Shown here: positions 1 through 6,554 of the stretch, in pieces
How the letters are laid out: every line of letters starts with the position of its first letter
Position numbering within the stretch: position 1 is the stretch's first letter
From: a virus
Taxonomy: Duplodnaviria; Heunggongvirae; Uroviricota; Caudoviricetes
Virus record (IMG/VR): IMGVR_UViG_2531839585_000015
DNA length: 6,554 nt
Reading direction: 5' to 3' (one strand)
Made by a program: the position numbers and the translations under genes
Notes under the pieces: model-generated
What the model was told of the DNA's origin: nothing
The model's database searches: none
Seen by the model: only the letters and a program-made list of their open reading frames with translations

Positions 1-1
1 G

Positions 2-1714
2 AAGCTGCCGACGCTGCGCCAGCGCCTGTTCCGCTGCGTGAGTATCCGTGAGAACGACGACGGCACGTATGCCATCACCGCCGTGCAGCATGTACCGGAA
101 AAAGAAGCCATCGTGGATAACGGGGCGCACTTTGACGGCGACCAGAGCGGCACGGTGAATGGTGTCACGCCGCCAGCGGTGCAGCATCTGACCGCAGAAG
201 TCACCGCAGACAGCGGGGAATACCAGGTGCTGGCCCGCTGGGACACGCCGAAGGTGGTGAAGGGCGTGAGCTTCCTGCTTCGCCTGACCGTGGCAGCGGA
301 TGACGGCAGTGAGCGGCTGGTCAGCACAGCCCGGACGGCGGAAACCACATACCGCTTCACACAACTGGCGCTGGGGAACTACAGGCTGACAGTCCGGGCA
401 GTAAATGCGTGGGGGCAGCAGGGCGATCCGGCATCGGTATCGTTCCGGATTGCCGCACCGGCAGCGCCGTCGCAGATTGAGCTGACACCGGGGTATTTTC
501 AGATAACCGCCACGCCGCATCTTGCGGTTTATGATCCGACGGTACAGTTTGAGTTCTGGTTCTCGGAAAAGCGGATTGCGGATATCAGGCAGGTTGAAAC
601 CACAGCCCGCTACCTTGGCACGGGGCTGTACTGGATAGCCGCCAGTATCAATATCAAACCGGGCCATGATTATTACTTTTATATCCGCAGTGTGAACACC
701 GTTGGCAAATCGGCATTCGTGGAGGCCGTCGGTCGGGCGAGCGATGATGCGGAAGGTTACCTGGATTTTTTCAAAGGCAAGATAACCGAATCCCATCTCG
801 GCAAGGAGCTGCTGGAAAAAGTCGAGCTGACGGAGGATAACGCCAGCAGACTGGAGGAGTTTTCGAAAGAGTGGAAGGACGCCAACGATAAGTGGAATGC
901 CATGTGGGCTGTCAAAATTGAGCAGACCAAAGACGGCAAACATTATGTCGCGGGTATTGGCCTCAGCATGGAGGACACGGAAGAAGGCAAGCTGAGCCAG
1001 TTCCTGGTTGCCGCTAACCGTATCGCGTTTATTGATCCGTCTAATGGCAACACAAGACCAATGTTTGTTGGTCAGGGCGATCAGATATTCATGAACGACG
1101 TGTTCCTGAAACGCCTGACGGCTCCGACCATTACCAGCGGCGGTAATCCTCCGGCATTTTCCCTGACACCGGACGGGCGGCTGACGGCGAAAAATGCCGA
1201 TATCAGCGGTAACGTGAATGCGAACTCCGGGACGCTCAACAACGTCACGATTAACGAGAACTGTCGGGTTCTGGGAAAACTGTCCGCCAACCAGATTGAA
1301 GGCGATCTCGTTAAAACAGTGGGCAAAGCTTTCCCCCGGGACTCCCGTGCACCGGAACGGTGGCCATCAGGGACCATCACCGTCAGGGTTTATGACGATC
1401 AGCCGTTTGACCGGCAGATTGTTATTCCGGCGGTGGCATTCAGCGGCGCTAAACATGAGAGGGAGAATAACGATATTTATTCGTCATGCCGCCTGATAGT
1501 ACGGAAAAACGGTGCTGAAATTTATAACCGTACCGCGCTGGATAATACGCTGATTTACAGTGGTGTTATTGATATGCCAGCTGGTCGCGGCCACATGACG
1601 CTGGAGTTTTCGGTGTCATCATGGCTGGTAAATGACTGGTATCCCACAGCAAGTATCAGCGATTTGCTGGTTGTGGTGATGAAGAAAGCCACCGCAGGCA
1701 TCAGTATCAGCTGA
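2..1714 (+). CDS. J: Tail tip / host-specificity protein J, C-terminal ~570 codons; the 5' end lies upstream of the window
   Basis: Frame open from position 2 to TGA at 1712-1714 with no internal stops. The translation ([46 protein letters not shown]...[68 protein letters not shown]...) matches the C-terminal half of phage lambda J as I recall it. The last ~150 residues (from about [13 protein letters not shown]) differ from lambda J. Confidence 0.93.
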   Translation, partial: KLPTLRQRLFRCVSIRENDDGTYAITAVQHVPEKEAIVDNGAHFDGDQSGTVNGVTPPAVQHLTAEVTADSGEYQVLARWDTPKVVKGVSFLLRLTVAADDGSERLVSTARTAETTYRFTQLALGNYRLTVRAVNAWGQQGDPASVSFRIAAPAAPSQIELTPGYFQITATPHLAVYDPTVQFEFWFSEKRIADIRQVETTARYLGTGLYWIAASINIKPGHDYYFYIRSVNTVGKSAFVEAVGRASDDAEGYLDFFKGKITESHLGKELLEKVELTEDNASRLEEFSKEWKDANDKWNAMWAVKIEQTKDGKHYVAGIGLSMEDTEEGKLSQFLVAANRIAFIDPSNGNTRPMFVGQGDQIFMNDVFLKRLTAPTITSGGNPPAFSLTPDGRLTAKNADISGNVNANSGTLNNVTINENCRVLGKLSANQIEGDLVKTVGKAFPRDSRAPERWPSGTITVRVYDDQPFDRQIVIPAVAFSGAKHERENNDIYSSCRLIVRKNGAEIYNRTALDNTLIYSGVIDMPAGRGHMTLEFSVSSWLVNDWYPTASISDLLVVVMKKATAGISIS

Positions 1715-1733
1715 ATTTTATAACCCATATACG

Positions 1734-1760
1734 GGCGCCAGAAATGGCGCCTTTTTTATT
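1734..1760 (+). terminator. Rho-independent terminator candidate downstream of J
   Basis: Perfect 7-bp stem GGCGCCA (1734-1740) / TGGCGCC (1745-1751) with GAAA tetraloop (1741-1744), followed directly by TTTTTTATT (1752-1760). Begins 20 nt after the J stop codon. Confidence 0.65.
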
Positions 1761-1770
1761 GCAGAAAAGC

Positions 1771-1776
1771 GAGAGG
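1771..1776 (+). promoter_or_regulatory. Shine-Dalgarno sequence for lom
   Basis: GAGAGG lies 5 nt upstream of the ATG at 1782. Confidence 0.5.
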
Positions 1777-1781
1777 TAATT

Positions 1782-2369
1782 ATGCGTAAAGTTTGTGCAG
1801 CCATTTTGTCCGCAGCCATCTGTCTGGCCGTATCCGGTGCGCCTGCATGGGCGTCTGAGCAGCAGGCCACACTGAGCGCAGGGTATCTTCATGCCCGTAC
1901 GAACGCTCCCGGCAGCGATAATCTGAACGGGATTAACGTGAAATACCGTTATGAGTTTACGGACACGCTGGGGCTGATTACGTCATTCAGTTATGCCAAC
2001 GCTGAAGATGAGCAAAAAACGCATACAGCGATACCCGCTGGCATGAGATTCCGTGCGTAACCGCTGGTTCAGCGTGATGGCGGGCCGTCTGTCGCGTGAA
2101 TGAATGGTTCAGCGCGTATGCGATGGCGGGTGTGGCTTACAGCCGTGTGTCGACTTTCTCCGGGGATTATCTCGTACGACAAAGGGGAAAAGCACGATGT
2201 GCTGACCGGAAGTGATGACGGTCGCCACAGCAACACGTCTCTGGCGTGGGGGGCTGGCGTGCAGTTTAACCCGACCGAATCCGTGGCCATTGATATTGCT
2301 TATGAAGGCTCCGGCAGTGGTGACTGGCGCACTGACGGTTTCATCGTGGGTGTTGGTTATAAATTCTGA
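1782..2369 (+). pseudogene. lom: lom (Lom/Ail/PagC-family 8-strand beta-barrel outer-membrane protein), frame-disrupted as sequenced
   Basis: ATG at 1782 opens a typical signal peptide (MRKVCAAILSAAICLAVSGAPAWA) and Lom-like N-terminus (GINVKYRYEFTD...). Frame 0 hits TAA at 2058-2060. The Lom-like reading continues in another frame (VRNRWFSVMAG, 2053-2085), then another (NEWFSAYAMAGVAYSRVSTFSGDYL, 2099-2172), and returns to frame 0 for the C-terminus (HDVLTGSDDGRHSNTSLAWGAGVQFNPTESVAIDIAYEGSGSGDWRTDGFIVGVGYKF, stop TGA 2367-2369). Total span is 196 codons, the size of an intact Lom. At least 3-4 single-base frame changes fall between about 2020 and 2180. Confidence 0.85.
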
Positions 2370-2396
2370 TTAGCCAGGTAACACAGTGTTATGACA

Positions 2397-2422
2397 GCCC
2401 GCCGGTTCAGGCGGGCTTTTTT
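2397..2422 (+). terminator. Rho-independent terminator candidate between lom and stf
   Basis: Stem GCCCGCC (2397-2403) / GGCGGGC (2410-2416) with 6-nt loop, followed by TTTTTT (2417-2422). Begins 28 nt after the lom stop codon. Confidence 0.65.
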
Positions 2423-2433
2423 GTGGGGTGAAT

Positions 2434-3247
2434 ATGGCAGTAAAGATTTCAGGTGTACTGAAAGACGGCACAGGAAAACCGGTACAGAACTGCACAATCC
2501 AGCTGAAAGCAAAACGTAACAGCACCACGGTGGTGGTGAACACGCTGGCCTCAGAAAATCCGGATGAAGCCGGGCGTTACAGCATGGACGTTGAGTACGG
2601 CAGTACAGCGTTATTCTGTTGGTGGAGGTTCCCGCCGTCACATGCCGGGACCATCACGTGTATGAAGATTCACCGGTACGCTGAATGATTTTCTCGGTGC
2701 CATGACGGAGGATGATGCCGTCCGAGGCACTGCGCCGTTTGACTGATGGTGGAAGAGGTGGCGCGTAACGCGTCCGGGTGGCACAGAACACGGCAGCCGC
2801 AAGAAGTCAGCCAGGATGCCGCACATCGCCGTGAGGCGGCAACCCATGCGACTGATGCTCAGGCTCAGCACGGCAGCCAGCACTCAGCCGGCAGGCCGCG
2901 CGTCGGCTCAGTCAGCTCTTCCAGCGCAGGAACGGCATCAACAAAGCCTGAAGCATCAAAAGTGCTGCGCTGCAGAGTCCTCAAAAAGCGCGGCGCTACC
3001 AGTGCCGTGCGGCGAAAACGTCAGAAACGAATGCGCAGCGTCACAAAATCGCAGCCACTTCTGCATCCCCGCGACCACGAAGCGTCAGAAGCGCCACCTC
3101 AGCCCGGGATGCGGCGGCCTCAAAAGAGGCAGCGAAATCATCAGAAACGAACGCATCATCAAGCGCCAGTAGTGCCGCTTCCTCGGCAACGGCGGCAGGA
3201 ATTCCGCGAAGGCGGCAAAAACGTCGAGACAACGCCAGGTCTTCTGA
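2434..3247 (+). pseudogene. stf: Side tail fibre gene stf, 5' portion (tail-attachment domain and start of the Ala/Ser/Thr-rich region), multiply frame-disrupted as sequenced
   Basis: ATG at 2434 is preceded by GGGGTG. MAVKISGVLKDGTGKPVQNCTIQLKAKRNSTTVVVNTLASENPDEAGRYSMDVEYG is the lambda Stf / Rac StfR N-terminus as I recall it. After about 2600 the Stf-like reading hops between frames: PPSHAGTIT in frame 1 (2626-2658), YEDSP in frame 0 (2661-2675), TLNDFLGAMTEDDA in frame 2 (2678-2719), MVEEVARNAS in frame 1 (2746-2775), [36 protein letters not shown] in frame 0 (about 3087-3197). The first stop in the start frame is TGA at 2686-2688. Each frame alternates between Ala/Ser/Thr-rich (expected) and Arg/Gln/Pro/His-rich (shifted) stretches. 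Confidence 0.8.
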
Positions 3248-3760
3248 AACGGCAGCGGGACAGAGCGCCTCGCTGCGGCAGGCTCAAAAACAGCGGCTGC
3301 GTCGTCTGCCAGTGCCGCGTCAACAAGTGCCGGGCAGGCCTCAGCCAGTGCCACCGCCGCCGGAAAATCGGCAGAAAGTGCCGCATCGTCTGCTTCAACA
3401 GCCACAACGAAGGCTGGCGAAGCCACTGAACAGGCCAGCGCAGCAGCGAGGTCTGCTTCCGCAGCGAAGACATCCGAAACGAACGCGAAAGCGTCGGAAA
3501 CCAGCGCAGAATCCTCAAAAACGGCTGCCGCATCGTCAGCCAGTTCGGCGGCGTCATCGGCATCATCGGCGTCTGCTTCAAAAGATGAGGCGACCATACA
3601 GGCGTCAGCAGCGAAGGGCAGCGCCACGACGGCATCCACGAAGGCGACAGAGGCTGCTGGTAGTGCGACGGCAGCAGCTCAGAGCAAAAGTACGGCGGAA
3701 TCTGCAGCAACGCGCGCTGAGACAGCGGCAAAACGGGCAGAGGATATTGCATCCGCCGTG
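2850..3760 (+). repeat. Low-complexity, internally repetitive GC-rich segment encoding the Ala/Ser/Thr/Glu/Lys-rich linker of Stf
   Basis: Recurrent imperfect nucleotide motifs encoding (A)KTSETNA / SSETNA, for example 3015-3034, 3138-3158, 3471-3489. Dominated by GCN, TCN and ACN codons. It produces long spurious ORFs in the alternate + frame and on the - strand. Confidence 0.6.
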
Positions 3761-5791
3761 GCGCTTGAGGATGCGAGCACGACGAAAAAGGGGATAGTAC
3801 AGCTCAGTAGTGCGACTAACAGCACGTCTGAAACGCTGGCGGCAACGCCAAAGGCAGTAAAATCAGCCTATGACAATGCAGAGAAACGTCTGCAGAAAGA
3901 CCAGAACGGCGCTGATATACCCGATAAGGGACGCTTCCTGAACAACATTAACGCGGTCAGTAAAACAGACTTTGCTGATAAGCGTGGTATGCGTTATGTG
4001 CGGGTTAACGCTCCTGCAGGTGCAACATCTGGAAAATATTACCCTGTTGTTGTTATGCGTTCTGCTGGCTCAGTAAGCGAACTGGCATCAAGGGTCATTA
4101 TCACCACGGCAACGCGAACCGCAGGCGATCCGATGAATAACTGCGAGTTTAACGGATTTGTTATGCCTGGTGGCTGGACTGACAGGGGGCGTTATGCTTA
4201 TGGAATGTTCTGGCAATATCAAAACAATGAACGAGCCATCCACTCAATAATGATGAGTAATAAGGGCGATGATTTGCGCTCTGTGTTCTATGTTGATGGC
4301 GCTGCTTTCCCTGTTTTTGCGTTTATCGAAGATGGCCTGTCAATATCCGCACCTGGTGCTGATCTCGTTGTTAATGATACGACCTATAAGTTTGGGGCAA
4401 CAAATCCGGCGACTGAATGTATCGCGGCGGACGTTATCCTTGATTTTAAGAGTGGGCGTGGTTTTTATGAGTCTCATTCGTTAATCGTTAACGATAACTT
4501 GTCGTGCAAAAAACTTTTTGCCACAGACGAAATTGTAGCGCGTGGTGGTAATCAGATTCGAATGATAGGTGGGGAGTATGGGGCATTATGGCGTAATGAT
4601 GGCGCTAAAACTTACCTGCTGCTTACCAATCAAGGTGATGTTTATGGTGGCTGGAATACATTAAGACCGTTTGCTATTGATAACGCAACCGGCGAACTGG
4701 TTATTGGAACCAAACTGTCCGCAAGTCTGAACGGTAATGCATTAACAGCAACAAAGCTGCAAACGCCAAGACGGGTTTCTGGTGTTGAGTTTGATGGTTC
4801 CAAAGATATTACTTTAACCGCCGCGCATGTGGCTGCTTTTGCCAGAAGGGCAACGGATACATATGCCGATGCGGATGGTGGCGTTCCCTGGAATGCCGAA
4901 TCAGGCGCTTATAATGTCACCCGCTCTGGCGACAGCTATATTCTGGTTAACTTCTATACCGGAGTCGGAAGTTGCCGGACCTTGCAGATGAAGGCGCATT
5001 ACAGAAATGGTGGTCTGTTCTACCGTTCTTCAAGAGACGGTTATGGTTTTGAGGAAGACTGGGCAGAAGTTTATACCTCGAAAAATCTTCCACCAGAAAG
5101 CTACCCAGTCGGCGCACCAATCCCGTGGCCATCAGATACCGTTCCGTCTGGTTATGCCCTGATGCAGGGGCAGACTTTTGACAAATCTGCCTACCCGAAA
5201 CTTGCAGCCGCTTATCCGTCAGGCGTGATCCCTGATATGCGTGGCTGGACGATTAAGGGCAAGCCCGCCAGTGGTCGTGCCGTATTGTCTCAGGAACAGG
5301 ACGGCATAAAATCGCATACCCACAGCGCCAGCGCATCCAGTACTGATTTGGGGACGAAAACCACATCGTCGTTTGATTACGGCACTAAATCCACGAATAA
5401 CACTGGTGCGCATACCCATAGTTTAAGTGGCAGCACGAATGCAGCTGGTAATCACAGCCATAGAGATGGCCGTCGATTTAACCCCAGTGTTTTTAAAGAT
5501 ACTTATCAATATGGTTATACAAGCTCAGGTCAAAATACCTGGGGTGTACAAGGCTCAGTAGGTATGTCTACGGGGGCGTTAGCTAATACCAGTACAGATG
5601 GTAACCATAGCCACTCACTGTCCGGCACAGCAGCATCTGCAGGTGCACACGCACATACTGTCGGTATTGGTGCACACACGCACTCCGTTGCGATTGGTTC
5701 ACATGGACACACCATCACCGTTAACGCTGCTGGTAACGCGGAAAACACCGTCAAAAACATCGCATTTAACTATATTGTGAGGCTTGCATAA
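3248..5791 (+). CDS. stf: Side tail fibre protein Stf, uninterrupted 3' portion (847 codons: rest of the Ala/Ser/Thr-rich linker, a central shaft module, and a His-rich lambda-type distal tip)
   Basis: Frame 2 is open from 3248 to TAA at 5789-5791. The ORF track starts it at GTG 3758 only because no start codon occurs earlier in this Ala/Ser/Thr-rich stretch. The C-terminus ([76 protein letters not shown]...[31 protein letters not shown]) matches the lambda Stf / T4 gp37-type tip as I recall it. The whole ORF resembles E. coli Rac StfR from memory; this is not verified by search. Confidence 0.9.
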   Translation, partial: NGSGTERLAAAGSKTAAASSASAASTSAGQASASATAAGKSAESAASSASTATTKAGEATEQASAAARSASAAKTSETNAKASETSAESSKTAAASSASSAASSASSASASKDEATIQASAAKGSATTASTKATEAAGSATAAAQSKSTAESAATRAETAAKRAEDIASAVALEDASTTKKGIVQLSSATNSTSETLAATPKAVKSAYDNAEKRLQKDQNGADIPDKGRFLNNINAVSKTDFADKRGMRYVRVNAPAGATSGKYYPVVVMRSAGSVSELASRVIITTATRTAGDPMNNCEFNGFVMPGGWTDRGRYAYGMFWQYQNNERAIHSIMMSNKGDDLRSVFYVDGAAFPVFAFIEDGLSISAPGADLVVNDTTYKFGATNPATECIAADVILDFKSGRGFYESHSLIVNDNLSCKKLFATDEIVARGGNQIRMIGGEYGALWRNDGAKTYLLLTNQGDVYGGWNTLRPFAIDNATGELVIGTKLSASLNGNALTATKLQTPRRVSGVEFDGSKDITLTAAHVAAFARRATDTYADADGGVPWNAESGAYNVTRSGDSYILVNFYTGVGSCRTLQMKAHYRNGGLFYRSSRDGYGFEEDWAEVYTSKNLPPESYPVGAPIPWPSDTVPSGYALMQGQTFDKSAYPKLAAAYPSGVIPDMRGWTIKGKPASGRAVLSQEQDGIKSHTHSASASSTDLGTKTTSSFDYGTKSTNNTGAHTHSLSGSTNAAGNHSHRDGRRFNPSVFKDTYQYGYTSSGQNTWGVQGSVGMSTGALANTSTDGNHSHSLSGTAASAGAHAHTVGIGAHTHSVAIGSHGHTITVNAAGNAENTVKNIAFNYIVRLA
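5777..5782 (+). promoter_or_regulatory. Shine-Dalgarno sequence for tfa, inside the 3' end of stf
   Basis: GTGAGG lies 8 nt upstream of the tfa ATG at 5791-5793. The stf stop and tfa start overlap as TAATG. Confidence 0.5.
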
Positions 5792-6432
5792 TGGCATTCA
5801 GAATGAGTGAACAACCACGGACCATAAAAATTTATAATCTGCTGGCCGGAACTAATGAATTTATTGGTGAAGGTGACGCATATATTCCGCCTCATACAGG
5901 TCTGCCAGCAAACAGTACCGATATTGCACCGCCAGATATTCCGGCTGGCTTCGTGGCTGTTTTCAACAGTGATGAGGCATCGTGGCATCTCGTTGAAGAC
6001 CATCGGGGAAAAACGGTTTATGACGTGGCTTCCGGCGACGCGTTATTTATTTCTGAACTTGGCTCGTTACCGGAAAATGTCACCTGGTTATCGCCGGAAG
6101 GGGAATATCAGAAGTGGAACGGCACAGCCTGGGTGAAGGATACGGAAGCAGAAAAACTGTTCCGGATCCGGGAGGCGGAAGAAACAAAAAACAGCCTGAT
6201 GCAGGTAGCCAGTGAGCATATAGCGCCACTTCAGGATGCTGTAGATCTGGAGATCGCAACGGAGGAAGAAACCTCATTGCTGGAAGCCTGGAAAAAATAT
6301 CGGGTGTTGCTGAACCGTGTTAATACAACAACTGCACCGGATATTGAATGGCCAACAGTACCCATACACAATGTAAGCGAAAAAGAAAAACCGCAGACAC
6401 GACGTATGCAGGACGTGCTGCGGTTTGGCTAG
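5791..6432 (+). CDS. tfa: Tail fibre assembly protein Tfa (chaperone for Stf), 213 aa
   Basis: Intact ORF from ATG 5791 to TAG 6430-6432. The translation [91 protein letters not shown]... is nearly identical over most of its length to lambda Tfa as I recall it, but with a different, longer C-terminal end. Position directly after stf is the canonical arrangement. Confidence 0.95.
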   Translation: MAFRMSEQPRTIKIYNLLAGTNEFIGEGDAYIPPHTGLPANSTDIAPPDIPAGFVAVFNSDEASWHLVEDHRGKTVYDVASGDALFISELGSLPENVTWLSPEGEYQKWNGTAWVKDTEAEKLFRIREAEETKNSLMQVASEHIAPLQDAVDLEIATEEETSLLEAWKKYRVLLNRVNTTTAPDIEWPTVPIHNVSEKEKPQTRRMQDVLRFG

Positions 6433-6554
6433 TAAACTTTTGATAGTGCGAGTATTGAATGATTTCCAGCCCATTACTCATTTTACGCTTTTCACGCGCA
6501 AGAGAAATTGAACTTTATTCCTCTGTCACCACATGACGGGGATTAACATTCTGG

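Noticed and set aside
757-1496. Small ORFs inside J (- strand 757-939 and 1081-1380; + strand 1218-1496)
   Set aside because: Alternate-frame or antisense ORFs wholly within the intact, clearly homologous J frame.
2069-2883. - strand ORFs 2069-2290, 2357-2641 and 2638-2883
   Set aside because: Antisense to lom and stf. The middle one runs through the lom-stf terminator hairpin. No ribosome-binding site or homology support.
2746-3429. 227-aa and 118-aa + strand ORFs (2746-3429, 2816-3172) with basic, low-complexity translations
   Set aside because: These are pieces of the frameshifted stf 5' region. Each contains short genuine Stf-like stretches (for example MVEEVARNAS, SSSAGTASTK) between out-of-frame Arg/His/Gln-rich stretches, so they are not separate genes.
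3085-3752. Two long - strand ORFs (184 aa Ala/Asp-rich at 3085-3639 and 197 aa Leu/Pro/Trp-rich at 3159-3752)
   Set aside because: Antisense shadows of the repetitive GC-rich stf linker region; low-complexity composition with no recognisable domain.
3312-3797. 161-aa extremely Arg/Gln/Pro-rich + strand ORF
   Set aside because: It is the +1 frame shadow of the GCN/TCN/ACN-rich Stf linker, and it overlaps the clean stf frame that runs from 3248 to 5791. No independent start context, and the composition is explained entirely by the frame shift of Ala/Ser codons.
4269-6136. Alternate-frame and antisense ORFs inside intact stf and tfa (4269-4484 +, 4947-5132 -, 5219-5419 -, 5530-5760 -, 5598-5780 +, 5770-6003 -, 5855-6136 +, 6080-6277 -)
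   Set aside because: All are embedded in strongly supported intact coding frames of stf or tfa and show no independent signals.
6274-6474. 66-aa - strand ORF overlapping the tfa 3' end, and a 12-codon open - strand frame entering from the right edge (stop at 6515-6517)
   Set aside because: The first mostly overlaps tfa antisense and is hydrophobic low-complexity. The second is too short to distinguish from chance. Whether a convergent gene such as a Pin-type invertase begins beyond the window cannot be judged from 120 nt.
5100-6554. Possible Gin/Pin-type invertible tail-fibre segment
   Set aside because: Invertible host-range segments in Mu, P1 and e14 carry two oppositely oriented tfa copies flanked by short inverted crossover sites next to an invertase gene. 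Only one tfa is present here, I could not find inverted repeats by eye, and no invertase gene lies within the window.
1-6554. Defence system, CRISPR array, diversity-generating retroelement, insertion sequence or toxin-antitoxin pair
   Set aside because: No direct repeat-spacer array, no terminal inverted repeats or transposase-like ORF, no reverse-transcriptase-like ORF, and no unassigned coding space. The window is fully accounted for by J, lom, stf and tfa, so proposing a novel system would be unsupported.

Overview
This window is the distal tail / host-range module of a lambdoid (lambda- or Rac-like) prophage of an enterobacterium, all on the + strand: the 3' ~1.7 kb of tail-tip gene J, then lom, then the side tail fibre gene stf, then the tail-fibre assembly gene tfa. 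I found no convincing novel system: nothing codes outside these four genes, and every other ORF in the track is an alternate-frame or antisense shadow of them. The most unusual thing is that the reading frame is broken many times by single-base indels in two confined blocks (middle of lom, about 2020-2180; 5' third of stf, about 2600-3250), while J, the 3' 2.5 kb of stf and tfa read cleanly. That pattern looks more like uncorrected consensus error in a multi-copy prophage repeat than like real gene decay, but true pseudogenisation cannot be excluded from sequence alone. Secondary observations are module mosaicism in stf and a divergent, AT-richer receptor-binding end of J. Homolog comparisons are from memory of lambda and E. 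coli K-12 Rac proteins, not from a search.
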